The notes: generated from the letters alone by a model not told the origin. 64,000 nt of DNA from Trueperaceae bacterium (GCA_965214405.1 OZ243956.1:480001-544000); one strand, 5' to 3'. Counted from the first letter of the stretch, positions 1 through 9,973 are shown. Numbers and translations: made by a program.

Positions 1-959
1 ACCTCTTAGCAGATATCGACCATCTCTATTTGCTGCCGTGGGGACACGCCGCCCTTGTGCGCGACCTGCACCTACAGTTACGCGAAAAGGTGGACAACTG
101 GGAATTAAACGAACTCCACCTTAGCCACTTGGGACTTGCTTACCGCGACCTGGGAGAGTTTATTTCGGCCATTGTGTACCTCGAGAAGGCTCTAGCATTC
201 ACTCGTAAAAATGGTGGCGACCGACGGTGGGAGGGCAAGCGCTTATTCGACTTAGGCAGTGCCTACTACGCTTCAGGAGAGGCGCAAAAAGACTCAAACA
301 AGATGCAAACAGCCGTTGATTACTATAGGGAAGCTTTGGCAATTTTTCGTGAGAAACGTCTAGCCCTGGCCTCCGATGCCCGGCAGATGGAAGGTGCTTG
401 CTTTAACAATCTGGGCCTCGTCTACCGTATTTTGGGTAAAGTACATAAAGCCATCTACCATTCTAAGAAAGCTTTAGTCATCACCCGTGAAATTGATGAT
501 CGGCAGGGTGAAGGTTCTTGCCTTAATAGCTTAGGCCTTGCCTACAGCGACTTGGGTAGAATGGAAAAAGCGATCCATTACTATAAACAGTCTTTGGTCA
601 TTGCTAATGAAACTGCTAACCGGCGAGGGGCGCTAACTTGTCTCGGCAACCTTGGTAGCGCCTACTTTGTTTTAGGAGAAAGGTTTGAGGTGTTGGTGTG
701 TTGGGTGGTGGCTTTGAATGGTTTTAATCAGAATGAATCACCAAATGGGCGTTTGGTTCTTCGTGGGTTGGTGGAACTGCGTTCTAGCACTCGCAACTTT
801 GAAGAGGCTTTGCGTTTCCTCTTTCCTCATGGCGACGCCGTTTTAGAGGAAGCAACAGGACAAGGTGGGACGTTTTTTCAAGATGCTCCACCAGACTTTC
901 CTGATACAATCCTTTTCCTAATAGACAGTTTCGAACAGAACCCAGAAAGCTCAATATGA
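1..959 (+). CDS. Tetratricopeptide-repeat protein, 5'-truncated by the window edge, low GC
   Basis: Frame is open from position 3. Repeated TPR motifs (EGxCLNSLGLAYSDLG, AIHYYKQSLVIA). Markedly more AT-rich than flanking genes. Confidence 0.85.
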   Translation, partial: LLADIDHLYLLPWGHAALVRDLHLQLREKVDNWELNELHLSHLGLAYRDLGEFISAIVYLEKALAFTRKNGGDRRWEGKRLFDLGSAYYASGEAQKDSNKMQTAVDYYREALAIFREKRLALASDARQMEGACFNNLGLVYRILGKVHKAIYHSKKALVITREIDDRQGEGSCLNSLGLAYSDLGRMEKAIHYYKQSLVIANETANRRGALTCLGNLGSAYFVLGERFEVLVCWVVALNGFNQNESPNGRLVLRGLVELRSSTRNFEEALRFLFPHGDAVLEEATGQGGTFFQDAPPDFPDTILFLIDSFEQNPESSI

Positions 960-993
960 GGGCTGTAAAAGCTCTTCTGCTCGCTTCACACTT

Positions 994-1404
994 TTGGACG
1001 TGGCGCAGTTCAAAGCATCTGCTGAATTGTGCCGGGTGGTGGCGCGCGACTACACGCCGGACGAACGGGCGGGTTTTGAAGCGGGCGCGGCGCGTCTGGG
1101 CGTGACCCTGAGCGAGATGCTAGACCTCCTGGGCACCACCACCTTTGATGTATACCTAAACGACAAGGCGTACTGGAAGAACGTACCGAGCCGCGTGTGG
1201 GACTATACGATTGGCGGTTATCAGGTTATCAAAAAGTGGCTCTCTTACCGCGAGGCGGGGGTGCTGGGGCGCGCGCTGACGCCCGACGAGGCGCGGCACG
1301 TCACCAACACGGCGCGGCGGATTGCGGGGCTGCTGCTGCTCGAGCCGGAGCTAAACGAAGATTATGGCGCGGTCAAGGCGGAGGCTTACGCGTGGCCTGA
1401 GTGA
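994..1404 (+). pseudogene. C-terminal remnant of a Type ISP restriction-modification enzyme (specificity domain)
   Basis: Motif DVYLNDKAYWKNVPSRVWDYTIGGYQVIKKWLSYRE is typical of Type ISP C-termini. Only 136 aa with a weak TTG start; MTase/helicase part is absent in frame. Confidence 0.7.
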
Positions 1405-1574
1405 GCGTATATTTGAGGGTAAAGACGTTCGCGTTATTTTGTTGAGAAGGTCCAGAGGCGAGATGACCCCACCTACTGAAATTCAAACGCTTACGATTGA
1501 AGGGCTACCCTCGAGCAGCTTAAGGCGTGAGCCAAGGCTAAAAGAGAACTAGAGGCGGGCAAGACGAGCGAATT

Positions 1575-1817
1575 TTATTCGTCTTCGGGTAAAGCGGTGA
1601 TGATTTCGTCCATGACTTTGCGCACGTCGGCGGCGTCTAGCTCGAGCTGCAAAGCCTTGGCGTAGAGTTCTCCCTCGGCGTCCCCGTAGGCCTCGCTGTT
1701 GGGGGGTAGCGTCTCGAGCTTTTCGATGAGTCCTAGCACCTCCTTACTGCTCTCTCTCAGCTCACCCAAAAGACGCGTTTGGTACTGCTTTAGACTCACT
1801 AATTTACTGGCAATCAC
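1575..1817 (-). CDS. Small acidic helical hypothetical protein, paralog of 47636-47899 (putative antitoxin/immunity)
   Basis: GGAGG upstream of GTG. Gapless alignment to the 47636-47899 product (SExxGDxEGxLxAxxxQLExDxxDxR...LPE). Confidence 0.75.
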   Translation of the reverse strand: MIASKLVSLKQYQTRLLGELRESSKEVLGLIEKLETLPPNSEAYGDAEGELYAKALQLELDAADVRKVMDEIITALPEDE

Positions 1818-1882
1818 CCTCTACCTCCGGGTAGCGCCTCGCGCAGTTTGGCGAGTATACGCGCGTAAACGTCGATGTCTTT
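1814..1882 (-). pseudogene. 3' remnant of a small basic partner gene (KDIDVYARILAKLREALPGGRG*)
   Basis: Manual translation. Aligns without gaps to the end of pseudogene 47896-48093. Its TGA overlaps the downstream GTG (GTGA). Confidence 0.65.
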
Positions 1883-1984
1883 CTAGGATTACCGTTTCAT
1901 TGTACACGCTTCTACAACGCTCTTTCGCCCTCGAGGGGTTTACTTATCCTCCCTCGCGGCGTACGCTCTTCACAAGGAGGAAGC

Positions 1985-2992
1985 GTGGAATACCGTTCTT
2001 TAAGCCGTACCGGCGTCAAAGTTAGCCCCCTGTGCTTGGGCTGCATGAACTTCGGCGGCAAAACCGAGCCGGAGGATTCGTACGACATCATCGACCGGGC
2101 GTTGGACGCGGGCATTAACTTTTTGGACACCGCCAACGTCTATAGCCGGGGCCGCAGCGAGGAGGTCACGGGGGAGGCGCTAAAACGCAACGGCAAGCGT
2201 GACAAGGTGGTGCTGGCAACGAAGGTCCACGGCGCGATGGATGACGACGACCCCAACGCGCGGGGCAATTCGCGGCGGCACATCATCGAACAGTGCGAGG
2301 CGAGCTTGAAGCGCCTGCAAACCGATTACATCGACCTCTACCAGATTCACCGCCCGCAACCGGACATCCCTATTGATGAGACCCTGGGCGCTTTAGACGA
2401 CCTCGTCCGCAAGGGTTACGTGCGCTACGTGGGCTCGAGCACCTTTGCAGCCTGGCAGCTTATGGAATCGCTGATGGTGTCTAAGGAGCGGGGCTTTACC
2501 CGTTTCATCTGCGAACAGCCGCCCTACAACATCCTGGACCGCCGCATCGAACGCGAACTCCTGCCGATGGCCGAGACCTACGGCGTCGGCATCATCCCCT
2601 GGAGCCCCCTGGCGGGCGGGCTCTTAACGGGCAAGTACAGCCGCGGCGCGCCCCTGCCCGAGGGCAGCCGTTACGAGAACGTCAAGGACAACAAGATTCA
2701 GCAGGGGCGGTATACCGAGGCGGCGTTTGAGGTGATTGGGGGGCTCGAGTCGCTCGTCAAAGACAAAAACTGCACCCTCTCCCAATTCGCGCTCGCCTGG
2801 TGTATGCACCAGCGCGGCGTCACGAGCCCCATCATCGGGCCGCGGACGATGGAGCAGTTAGAAGACAATCTCAAAGCCTTGGATATGATCATCAGCGACG
2901 AAGACCGTGAGCGCGTGGACGACCTCATCCCGCCGGGGCGGATGGTGTCGGCTTTTTACGAGGCTAACTTCGGGCCGCATCTTTATAGGTAG
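1985..2992 (+). CDS. Aldo/keto reductase
   Basis: GINFLDTANVY, VVLATK, DYIDLYQIH and PWSPLAGG motifs; AGGAGG RBS. Confidence 0.95.
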   Translation: MEYRSLSRTGVKVSPLCLGCMNFGGKTEPEDSYDIIDRALDAGINFLDTANVYSRGRSEEVTGEALKRNGKRDKVVLATKVHGAMDDDDPNARGNSRRHIIEQCEASLKRLQTDYIDLYQIHRPQPDIPIDETLGALDDLVRKGYVRYVGSSTFAAWQLMESLMVSKERGFTRFICEQPPYNILDRRIERELLPMAETYGVGIIPWSPLAGGLLTGKYSRGAPLPEGSRYENVKDNKIQQGRYTEAAFEVIGGLESLVKDKNCTLSQFALAWCMHQRGVTSPIIGPRTMEQLEDNLKALDMIISDEDRERVDDLIPPGRMVSAFYEANFGPHLYR

Positions 2993-3120
2993 AGAACGCC
3001 GTGGGGGAGGATTGGAGTCTAAAAGGGCTCGAGTCTTCCCTTAATGTTCACTCTTAAACCACGTTTCGTGACATACATACTCCAAACTGCTCTAACCACT
3101 AATCACCCATCACTAACCAC

Positions 3121-3558
3121 TTAATTTACCACCCGCACCGGGTCGTTTTTAACCTTGCGCTGCCGCACCAGCAAATAGCTCGCCAGCCCCAGCGGCCCCG
3201 CGAAGAGCGTCAAGAGCAAGAATACGGCGGGGTTGACGCCCCAGTATTTGGCATCGCGGAAAATCCATACCCCGGCGAAGAGGTCCAGCGCGAGGTAGTG
3301 CGCCCAGCCTGCGAGAAAGCCCCACTCGCTCGAGAACCCCGCACGCAGCGCGTCAAACGAGAAAGAAAAACCGCCCACGCCGCTCCCGCCCCCCACAAGC
3401 GCGACGATAAGTAACAGGGTGTAGATGCCGCCGAGCGCGATAAAAGGCCAGTAGGAGAGCACGAGGCGCTGCGTCCATCGGGCGCGCGGAAAGAGCAGCA
3501 TCCCGAGCCAGATGGGCAGGGGAAGCAGGTTGAGGATGTTGAAGAGCGTTTCGGCCAT
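3121..3558 (-). CDS. ABA4-like (DUF4281) membrane protein
   Basis: GWAHYLALDLFAGVWI and LTLFAGPLG motifs; four hydrophobic segments. Confidence 0.85.
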   Translation of the reverse strand: MAETLFNILNLLPLPIWLGMLLFPRARWTQRLVLSYWPFIALGGIYTLLLIVALVGGGSGVGGFSFSFDALRAGFSSEWGFLAGWAHYLALDLFAGVWIFRDAKYWGVNPAVFLLLTLFAGPLGLASYLLVRQRKVKNDPVRVVN

Positions 3559-3608
3559 GTTTACAAGCGTACCTGATACGGCTTAGAGTTGTTGACTTTC
3601 AAGAAGGG

Positions 3609-4151
3609 TCAGCCAAGAAGGGTCAGCTCGTAACGGTACTCGTCGCTCACGCTGCCCTTGAATTCGTCCGCCCCTTTTATCTCCTCGACGCGCTCGAACC
3701 CCAGACGTTCGACCAGTCGTTGAGATTTTAGATTTCGCGTGTCGATGTTCGCTTCTAAACGGCTAACCCGTAAAATTTTGAGGTGCTCGAGCACAGCCTG
3801 CACCGCTTCGGTGGCGTAGCCCTGCCCCCAGCTTTCCGGGTGAAACATATAGGCGACGTGCGCTCGAGTCTCAGGTGTGACGGTTGCTTGCACCGTCCCA
3901 AGGGCTTTGTCGCCTGCGAACACAACCCAGTTTAGCCAATACTCCGCGCCGTCCGGCGAGCGGCGAGAGGACAAGCGCTCGCAACGCTCTCGGAGTATCT
4001 TTTCATCCGTGGGCGGGTCAGAGGGCACGAACTCATGCGTGCGCGAGTCGGCAAGGACGCGCATCATCGCGGCGGCGTGCTCGGGGCCTTGCGGCTCCAA
4101 GCGAAGACGTGGGGTTTCAAGCATGGGATTAAGCCTTTCGGGTGATGGCAC
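3609..4151 (-). CDS. GNAT family (RimJ/RimL-like) N-acetyltransferase
   Basis: LETPRLRL, WGQGYATEAV and NLKSQRLVERLGF motifs. True start may be the ATG at 4124. Confidence 0.9.
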   Translation of the reverse strand: MPSPERLNPMLETPRLRLEPQGPEHAAAMMRVLADSRTHEFVPSDPPTDEKILRERCERLSSRRSPDGAEYWLNWVVFAGDKALGTVQATVTPETRAHVAYMFHPESWGQGYATEAVQAVLEHLKILRVSRLEANIDTRNLKSQRLVERLGFERVEEIKGADEFKGSVSDEYRYELTLLG

Positions 4152-4165
4152 GACCTACTATAAAC

Positions 4166-5575
4166 TCAACCCTCTTTAAGAGCTTTGTAGAGCGCGCGGT
4201 AACGAGTCACGAGGTTTTCGTAACGCGGCGCGTTATGTCCCGGCTCGGCGATGAGGGCGGGCTCGAGCCCCCGCACCCCCGCCCCCGCCAGCACCGCCGC
4301 GCCCTTGGCGGAGGCGTTGTCAACGTCCGCAGAATAAAGGGGGCGGTTGAGCACGTCGGCAAGGAGTTGTTGGCGTAAAGGAGACCGCGCGCCGCCGCCC
4401 GTGAGAACGGAGGTTTCCGCGGTTCCGCCGACGCGCTCGAGCGCGTCCACCGCGTCTTTGAGGGCGAAAGTGGTGCCTTCAAGCGCGGCTCTTGCGAAAT
4501 GCGCCGGGCCGTGCGCCAGGGTGAGGCCGTAAAAGGTCCCCTTGGCGTGCGGGTCCATGTGCGGCGTGCGCTCGCCCGTCAGGTAGGGCAAAAAGAGGAG
4601 CCCGTCAGCGCCGGGAGGAACGGACGCGGCTTGGCGGAAAAATTCTTCCCAGCTCCAGCTAAAGAGGTCTCGAGTCCAGCCGAGCGCCAGCCCGACGTTT
4701 TGCACCGCGCCGAGGAGGTGCCAATTTCTCACGTGACAAAAAAGGTGAACCTGCAACGCGGGGTCGGGCGTGGGCGTTTCCAGGGCTGTGAATACCTGTC
4801 CGCCGCTCCCCAGGGTGATGAGCATGGGGCCAGGCTCACGCACCCCGCAGCCCGTCGCGGCGCTCGCCTGGTCGCCCGCGCCTGTGACGACGGGCAGACC
4901 GGCGGAGAGTTCCAAAACTTCCGCGGCCTCCTTTGTGAGTTCTCCTGCAACTTCATCAGAAGGAAGCACGGGAGGCAACAGAGAGGGCTCGAGCCCCAAC
5001 GCTACTACCACCCCCTGCGCCCATTCTCGTTTGGGCACGTCAAAAAGCAGCGTCGCCGAGGCGTCGGTGGGGTCGGTGGCGAGTGCGCCCGTGAGGCAGT
5101 AGCGCAGGTAATCTTTGGGGAGAAGCGCGCAGCGTGACGCCGCGTAAACGTGCGGCTCGAGCGCCTTGACCCACATGAGGCTGAGCCCGGTAAACCCCGC
5201 CGCGGCGGGGTTGCCGAGCACGTTGACTTGCGTGTCCCGGTCCACCTTGGCGTTAAACGTCTCTACCTGGGCGGCGGCTCGAGTGTCCGCCCAAACTATC
5301 GCGGGGCGCGTGGGTCTCCCCTTTTCATCTAACAGAACGAGCGAGTGCATCTGACCGGAGAGGCCGATGGCTTTCACCGCTCCGGTTTTCTCGGCAACCG
5401 CCGCCCGCACCGCCCTGACCGTTGCCGCCCACCAATCCGCCGGGTTTTGCTCCACCCAGCCGGGGCGCGGCGTGTGGAGGGAATAGTCAGCCGCGCCCTC
5501 GCCCTGCACCGCGCCCGCTTCGTCTACGAGCAGGGCTTTGACGCTCGAGGTGCCCAAGTCGATGCCTAAAAACAT
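4166..5575 (-). CDS. xylB: Xylulokinase-like FGGY carbohydrate kinase
   Basis: LGIDLGTSSVK, GLSGQMH, TDPTDAS and PYLTGERTP motifs. Confidence 0.85.
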   Translation of the reverse strand: MFLGIDLGTSSVKALLVDEAGAVQGEGAADYSLHTPRPGWVEQNPADWWAATVRAVRAAVAEKTGAVKAIGLSGQMHSLVLLDEKGRPTRPAIVWADTRAAAQVETFNAKVDRDTQVNVLGNPAAAGFTGLSLMWVKALEPHVYAASRCALLPKDYLRYCLTGALATDPTDASATLLFDVPKREWAQGVVVALGLEPSLLPPVLPSDEVAGELTKEAAEVLELSAGLPVVTGAGDQASAATGCGVREPGPMLITLGSGGQVFTALETPTPDPALQVHLFCHVRNWHLLGAVQNVGLALGWTRDLFSWSWEEFFRQAASVPPGADGLLFLPYLTGERTPHMDPHAKGTFYGLTLAHGPAHFARAALEGTTFALKDAVDALERVGGTAETSVLTGGGARSPLRQQLLADVLNRPLYSADVDNASAKGAAVLAGAGVRGLEPALIAEPGHNAPRYENLVTRYRALYKALKEG

Positions 5576-5654
5576 AAATGTTTAGGAGCGTGAGATTTTG
5601 CGCCTGTGGTCAAGGTTTACGACTCCTTCTGCCGTCTCAATCCTCTATCTATAC

Positions 5655-6482
5655 TCAAGCCTTGCCTGCCGCCTTGGTCACGCGTATCTTATCCCGCGCG
5701 GCCTCGCGCACCGCGTCTCTGGCGGCTTTGTAGACTTCATAGTGCATTTTCGCGTTTGGCGCGTCGCTGCTCCACACCTTGAGAAGGGGGCGGAGGATGC
5801 CCGCGCCAATGTTTACTTTGACGACGCCCAGCTTGACGGCCTCCGCCACGTCCTCGGCGGGAATGCCTGTGCCGCCGTGGAGGACCAGGGGCTTTTGCGC
5901 GGCTTGGGAGATAGCGCGGAGCCGGTCAAGGTCCAACGTGCTCGATTGGCCGTGTCTCGAGCCTACCGAACAGGCCACCATATCGGCCTCACCCTCGGAA
6001 AGCACGCGCGCCGCCACCTCGGGCTCGGTGAGGTGAACGTCGTCGTCGCCGCCCTCGCCCCCGCCGAAAGAGCCCGCGGCGGCCTCGAGCGCCGCCCCCG
6101 CCGCGTGCGCGAGTTCGGCCAGGCGTTTTGTGCGCCTCACGTTCTCCTCTACGGGATAGTCGGCCCCGTCGAACATGACCGACGCGTAGCCCGCGCGCAA
6201 GCACTGCACGATGCGTTCTAAGCTGTCGCCGTGGTCTAAGTGCAGGATGATGGGCACGGACGCGTCCGCCGCCAAGGCCTTAATCATCGCGGCCATCACG
6301 TGCGGAGAGCCCTGCTCTAAGTCGCCCGGATAGGTCTGGAGCATGACGGGCGCACTCTCCTCTTCGGCGGCCTCGACGCAGGCTCGAGCCATTTCTAAAG
6401 AGCAGACGTTAAATGAGGGCATTGCGTAGTGGTTGTCAAAGGCGCGTTGGATAAGGGGGCGGGCGTCGGAAACATAGGGCAT
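5655..6482 (-). CDS. Class II fructose/tagatose-bisphosphate aldolase family protein
   Basis: LHLDHG, SVMFDG, LVLHGGTG and VVKVNIG motifs. Confidence 0.9.
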   Translation of the reverse strand: MPYVSDARPLIQRAFDNHYAMPSFNVCSLEMARACVEAAEEESAPVMLQTYPGDLEQGSPHVMAAMIKALAADASVPIILHLDHGDSLERIVQCLRAGYASVMFDGADYPVEENVRRTKRLAELAHAAGAALEAAAGSFGGGEGGDDDVHLTEPEVAARVLSEGEADMVACSVGSRHGQSSTLDLDRLRAISQAAQKPLVLHGGTGIPAEDVAEAVKLGVVKVNIGAGILRPLLKVWSSDAPNAKMHYEVYKAARDAVREAARDKIRVTKAAGKA

Positions 6483-6573
6483 GGTTGACTCTCCTCAAGG
6501 GCGTGCTTATGGCGTTGAAGTTTAGTGGCGGTAAAGCTGTCTACAAATCTTTCACCCGTCCTTTAAGTATCAC

Positions 6574-7338
6574 TTACCAAGAGGTGTAACCGCCGTCTAT
6601 GACGAGGTTCGTGCCCGTCGCAAACTTGGCCGCGTCCGAGGCCAGATACAACACCGCGTGCGCGACGTCGGCGGGCTCGCCCACGCGGCCTAAGGGGGTC
6701 AGCTCGAGCCACTCTTTTTTCCAGGCCTCGTTGGTCATGCCGAGCTTGGTCATCTCCGTGCCGATATAACCCGGTGACACCGAGTTGACGCGCACCCCGC
6801 GCGAGGCCCATTCAGCCGCGAGCGACTTGGTGAGCAAGATGACGCCCGCTTTCGAGGCGTTGTAGGCGGCCTGGGGTTGCGGTTTGTTAACAATCAGGCC
6901 CGACATCGAGGCGATGTTGACAATCACCCCCTGATTGCGCGCCAGCATCTTTTTACCCACCTCGCGGCAGCACCAGAAAACGCCGTTCAAGTTCACATTC
7001 ATCACGTCCAGCCAACCCTCGTCGGTCGTCTCCTCGGCGGGGGTGTTAAGGGCGACGCCCGCGTTGTTGACGAGAATGTCTACGGCCTCCACACGTTCAT
7101 ACACAGCCTCGGTCATCGCTTGCACGCTCTTTGGGTCGCGGACGTCCAGGGGCACAAAAAAGGCTTTGCGCCCGCCCTTTTCTATCTCCCTAACGGCCTC
7201 CTCGCCTGTCTCAGCATTGAATTCCGCCACGACGATGTCGGCCCCGGCGGCGGCGAGGGTGCGGGCGATCTCTAAGCCGATGCCGCGCCCCGCCCCCGTC
7301 ACGAGGGCCACGCGTCCGGTTAAATCATAAGCGTTCAC
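6574..7338 (-). CDS. SDR family oxidoreductase (polyol dehydrogenase/sorbose reductase-like)
   Basis: TGAGRGIG, NNAG, NKPQPQAAYNASK motifs. Confidence 0.9.
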   Translation of the reverse strand: MNAYDLTGRVALVTGAGRGIGLEIARTLAAAGADIVVAEFNAETGEEAVREIEKGGRKAFFVPLDVRDPKSVQAMTEAVYERVEAVDILVNNAGVALNTPAEETTDEGWLDVMNVNLNGVFWCCREVGKKMLARNQGVIVNIASMSGLIVNKPQPQAAYNASKAGVILLTKSLAAEWASRGVRVNSVSPGYIGTEMTKLGMTNEAWKKEWLELTPLGRVGEPADVAHAVLYLASDAAKFATGTNLVIDGGYTSW

Positions 7339-7427
7339 GCCTCATCATAAACCGAATGTAGAGCCTACCTCAAAACTTCATCCCCTCTCGCCGCGCGTTG
7401 CGTTAGACTGGACCCTACGGAGGTCGG

Positions 7428-7739
7428 ATGAAAGTCGTATATATTTTGCAGATTGTGGGGCTGTTTCTGGTGGTGGGGTATCTTTTTTTACTCAATACGC
7501 TCAATCCGCAGACGGTGATTTTGCCCCTCTTGTCGCCCCTACCAACCGCGCTCGTTATCTTTTTGGCCCTCCTCATCGGCTGGTTGCTGGGCTGGCTGCC
7601 GAGCCGCTTGCGGGTGCGGCGGCTCAACCGAGACAACCGCGGGCTGCGGGAGCGGCTCGACAGGCTCGAGCGCCACCTCCCCGTGTTCGGTGAGCGCTCC
7701 GCCTTGACCGTCATCCCCGACCGCCGCCGGGAATCCTAA
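7428..7739 (+). CDS. LapA-domain (DUF1049) membrane protein
   Basis: Two TM segments with NxQxV, followed by a basic coiled coil; GGAGG RBS. Confidence 0.7.
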   Translation: MKVVYILQIVGLFLVVGYLFLLNTLNPQTVILPLLSPLPTALVIFLALLIGWLLGWLPSRLRVRRLNRDNRGLRERLDRLERHLPVFGERSALTVIPDRRRES

Positions 7740-7753
7740 ATGGCTAATACTTT

Positions 7754-9973
7754 ATGACCGACACGCTGACGCCCCCCCTCGTTCACGACCCCCGCCCCGC
7801 CCCCCGCTGGGTCGTGCGCCCGCCCGCGCCCCCCAAGGCGGTGCGGCGGCTCGCGCGCGACATGAGCGTCCCGCCTCTCTTAGCGAGCGTGCTGTGGGGA
7901 CGAGGCCTGTACGACGAGGCAATCAACGCGCTGCACCCGCCCCTGGAACTCACCAAGATTCCCGCGCTTACAGAGGCGGCGGAGAGGCTCGAGCGCGCCC
8001 TGCGCACCAAAAAACGCATCCTCATCCACGGCGACTACGACGCCGACGGGATGAGCGGCACCGCGGTGTTGACGCTTGGCTTACGCGCCTTGGGCGGCAA
8101 CGTCACCCCGTTTTTGCCCAACCGCCTCACCGACGGCTACGGCGTCTCGCCGCGGCGCGTCGCGGAGCACTGTGAAAACGCCGATTTATTCATCACCGTG
8201 GACTGCGGCATCAGCAACAGGCGCGAGGTCGAGGCGTTGCAAGCGGCGGGCGTCGAGGTCATCGTGACCGACCACCACCACCCCGGCCAGGTGCTGCCCC
8301 CGTGTCTGGTGGTCCACCCTACCCACGCGGACGAGGCGCGACCCGGACGGCCCGAACTCACCGGGGCGGGGGTGGCGTACCACCTTCTGTGGGCGCTCCA
8401 CGAACGGCTGGGGCTCGAGCCCCCCGCCGAATACAGCGACCTAGCGAGTATCGGCACCATCGCCGACGTCGCGCCGCTCATGGGCGAGAACCGCGCGCTC
8501 ATCCAAGAAGGTCTCGCCCGGCTCGCGGACTCGAAGTGGCCGGGCTTACGCGCGACGCTCTCGCGTACCCTCGCTTCGCGCGCGCCGACAGCTCGTGACG
8601 TGGCTTTCGTGCTCGCCCCGCGCCTCAACGCGGCGGGGCGCTTGGGGGAGGCCGAGCTGGGCTTGGAACTCCTCACCACCGCCTCGGAGCGGCGCGCGAA
8701 GGAGTTGGCGGCCTACTTAGACGCGCGCAACGGCGACCGCCGCAAAATTCAAGACGCGATGTTTCAGGACGCGCTTACGCGCGCCGACCCGGACGCGCCC
8801 GCGCTGGTGCTCGAGCACCCCGACTGGCACCCCGGCGTGATGGGCATCGTGGCGAGCAAGCTTCTGGAGCGTTTTTACAAACCTGTATTTATCATCGCCA
8901 AGGGCAAAGGCTCGGTCCGCTCGACGCCGGGCATCTCGGCGGTTGAGGGGCTTTATTACGCGCAGGACCACTTAGAGCGCTTCGGCGGTCACTCGCAGGC
9001 GGCGGGCTTCGGCATCCGCGAGGAGAATGTGTCGGGGTTTCGGGAGAGCATTTTCGGCTACGTAAAAGGCTTTCCCACGCCGCGCCCGCTCGTTTTGGCT
9101 GACGCGCTGCTGACGAGTTCGGACATCGACGCCGACCTTTACGGAGCGGTGGGAACGCTCGAGCCCTACGGCCAGGGCCACCCCGCGCCGCTTTTTGCGC
9201 TTACCGACACGTTGGAGCACGCTCGAGCGGTGGGCAAGGAGGGCGCGCATTTGCAACTGCGCGTGGCGGGCGTCAAGGGCGTGTCGTGGGGCCGGGGTCA
9301 CGAGGCGCGCGGCTTAGATGTAGGAAGCTCCATAAACGCCGCGGTAAGCATCCGTGAAAATGAGTGGCAGGGGAAAAAGAGTCTGGAATTTCTCGCCGAG
9401 GCGTTGCGACCCGCGGAGCCTTTGGGGTTTGAGACCTCTTTAGACGCGCCCCACCTCATCCGAGGCCGCCCCCAGGAGAGCGTGCCGCGTTATGACGGCG
9501 GCTCACTCGAGAGTTTTGCGGACGCACTTTGGCTCCGTGATGTGCCGTTGGGGGACGCGCCGCTCGAGGTAACAGGGCCGCTTCACACCCTGGTAACGTC
9601 GGGCGCAATCCTTTATTTTGATTTGCGAATCTCTGCGTTGGAGCGGCTCGAGACCGCCGCCGCCCGTTACCCCACGGTCGGAGAGTTGCGCGGGGCTTTC
9701 GTTTATCTTTCACGAGGTCAGAGACCGCCGTTTGAGGAGGGTAAGCTCGAGCTTTGCAAGCGGGCGTTGGAGGAGTTGGAGCTTTTGGACGCGCGCGGCA
9801 GGCCGCTTCGGGGACAAAAGCGCGACCCCTACACCTCCGACACGCTCCTCGCCGGGCTTGTGGAGCGTTACAAGCTGCGCACGCTTCTCAAAGCCTACCG
9901 CGGCTTTGACGACGCGGCCTTCTCGCACACGGTGGTGACGCTTTTTGGTGAGCCTTTCACAAAAGTAGATTGA
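7754..9973 (+). CDS. recJ: Single-stranded-DNA-specific exonuclease RecJ
   Basis: HGDYDADG, TVDCG, TDHH and GGHSQAAG motifs (DHH/DHHA1), with a Deinococcota-type C-terminal extension. Confidence 0.95.
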   Translation: MTDTLTPPLVHDPRPAPRWVVRPPAPPKAVRRLARDMSVPPLLASVLWGRGLYDEAINALHPPLELTKIPALTEAAERLERALRTKKRILIHGDYDADGMSGTAVLTLGLRALGGNVTPFLPNRLTDGYGVSPRRVAEHCENADLFITVDCGISNRREVEALQAAGVEVIVTDHHHPGQVLPPCLVVHPTHADEARPGRPELTGAGVAYHLLWALHERLGLEPPAEYSDLASIGTIADVAPLMGENRALIQEGLARLADSKWPGLRATLSRTLASRAPTARDVAFVLAPRLNAAGRLGEAELGLELLTTASERRAKELAAYLDARNGDRRKIQDAMFQDALTRADPDAPALVLEHPDWHPGVMGIVASKLLERFYKPVFIIAKGKGSVRSTPGISAVEGLYYAQDHLERFGGHSQAAGFGIREENVSGFRESIFGYVKGFPTPRPLVLADALLTSSDIDADLYGAVGTLEPYGQGHPAPLFALTDTLEHARAVGKEGAHLQLRVAGVKGVSWGRGHEARGLDVGSSINAAVSIRENEWQGKKSLEFLAEALRPAEPLGFETSLDAPHLIRGRPQESVPRYDGGSLESFADALWLRDVPLGDAPLEVTGPLHTLVTSGAILYFDLRISALERLETAAARYPTVGELRGAFVYLSRGQRPPFEEGKLELCKRALEELELLDARGRPLRGQKRDPYTSDTLLAGLVERYKLRTLLKAYRGFDDAAFSHTVVTLFGEPFTKVD

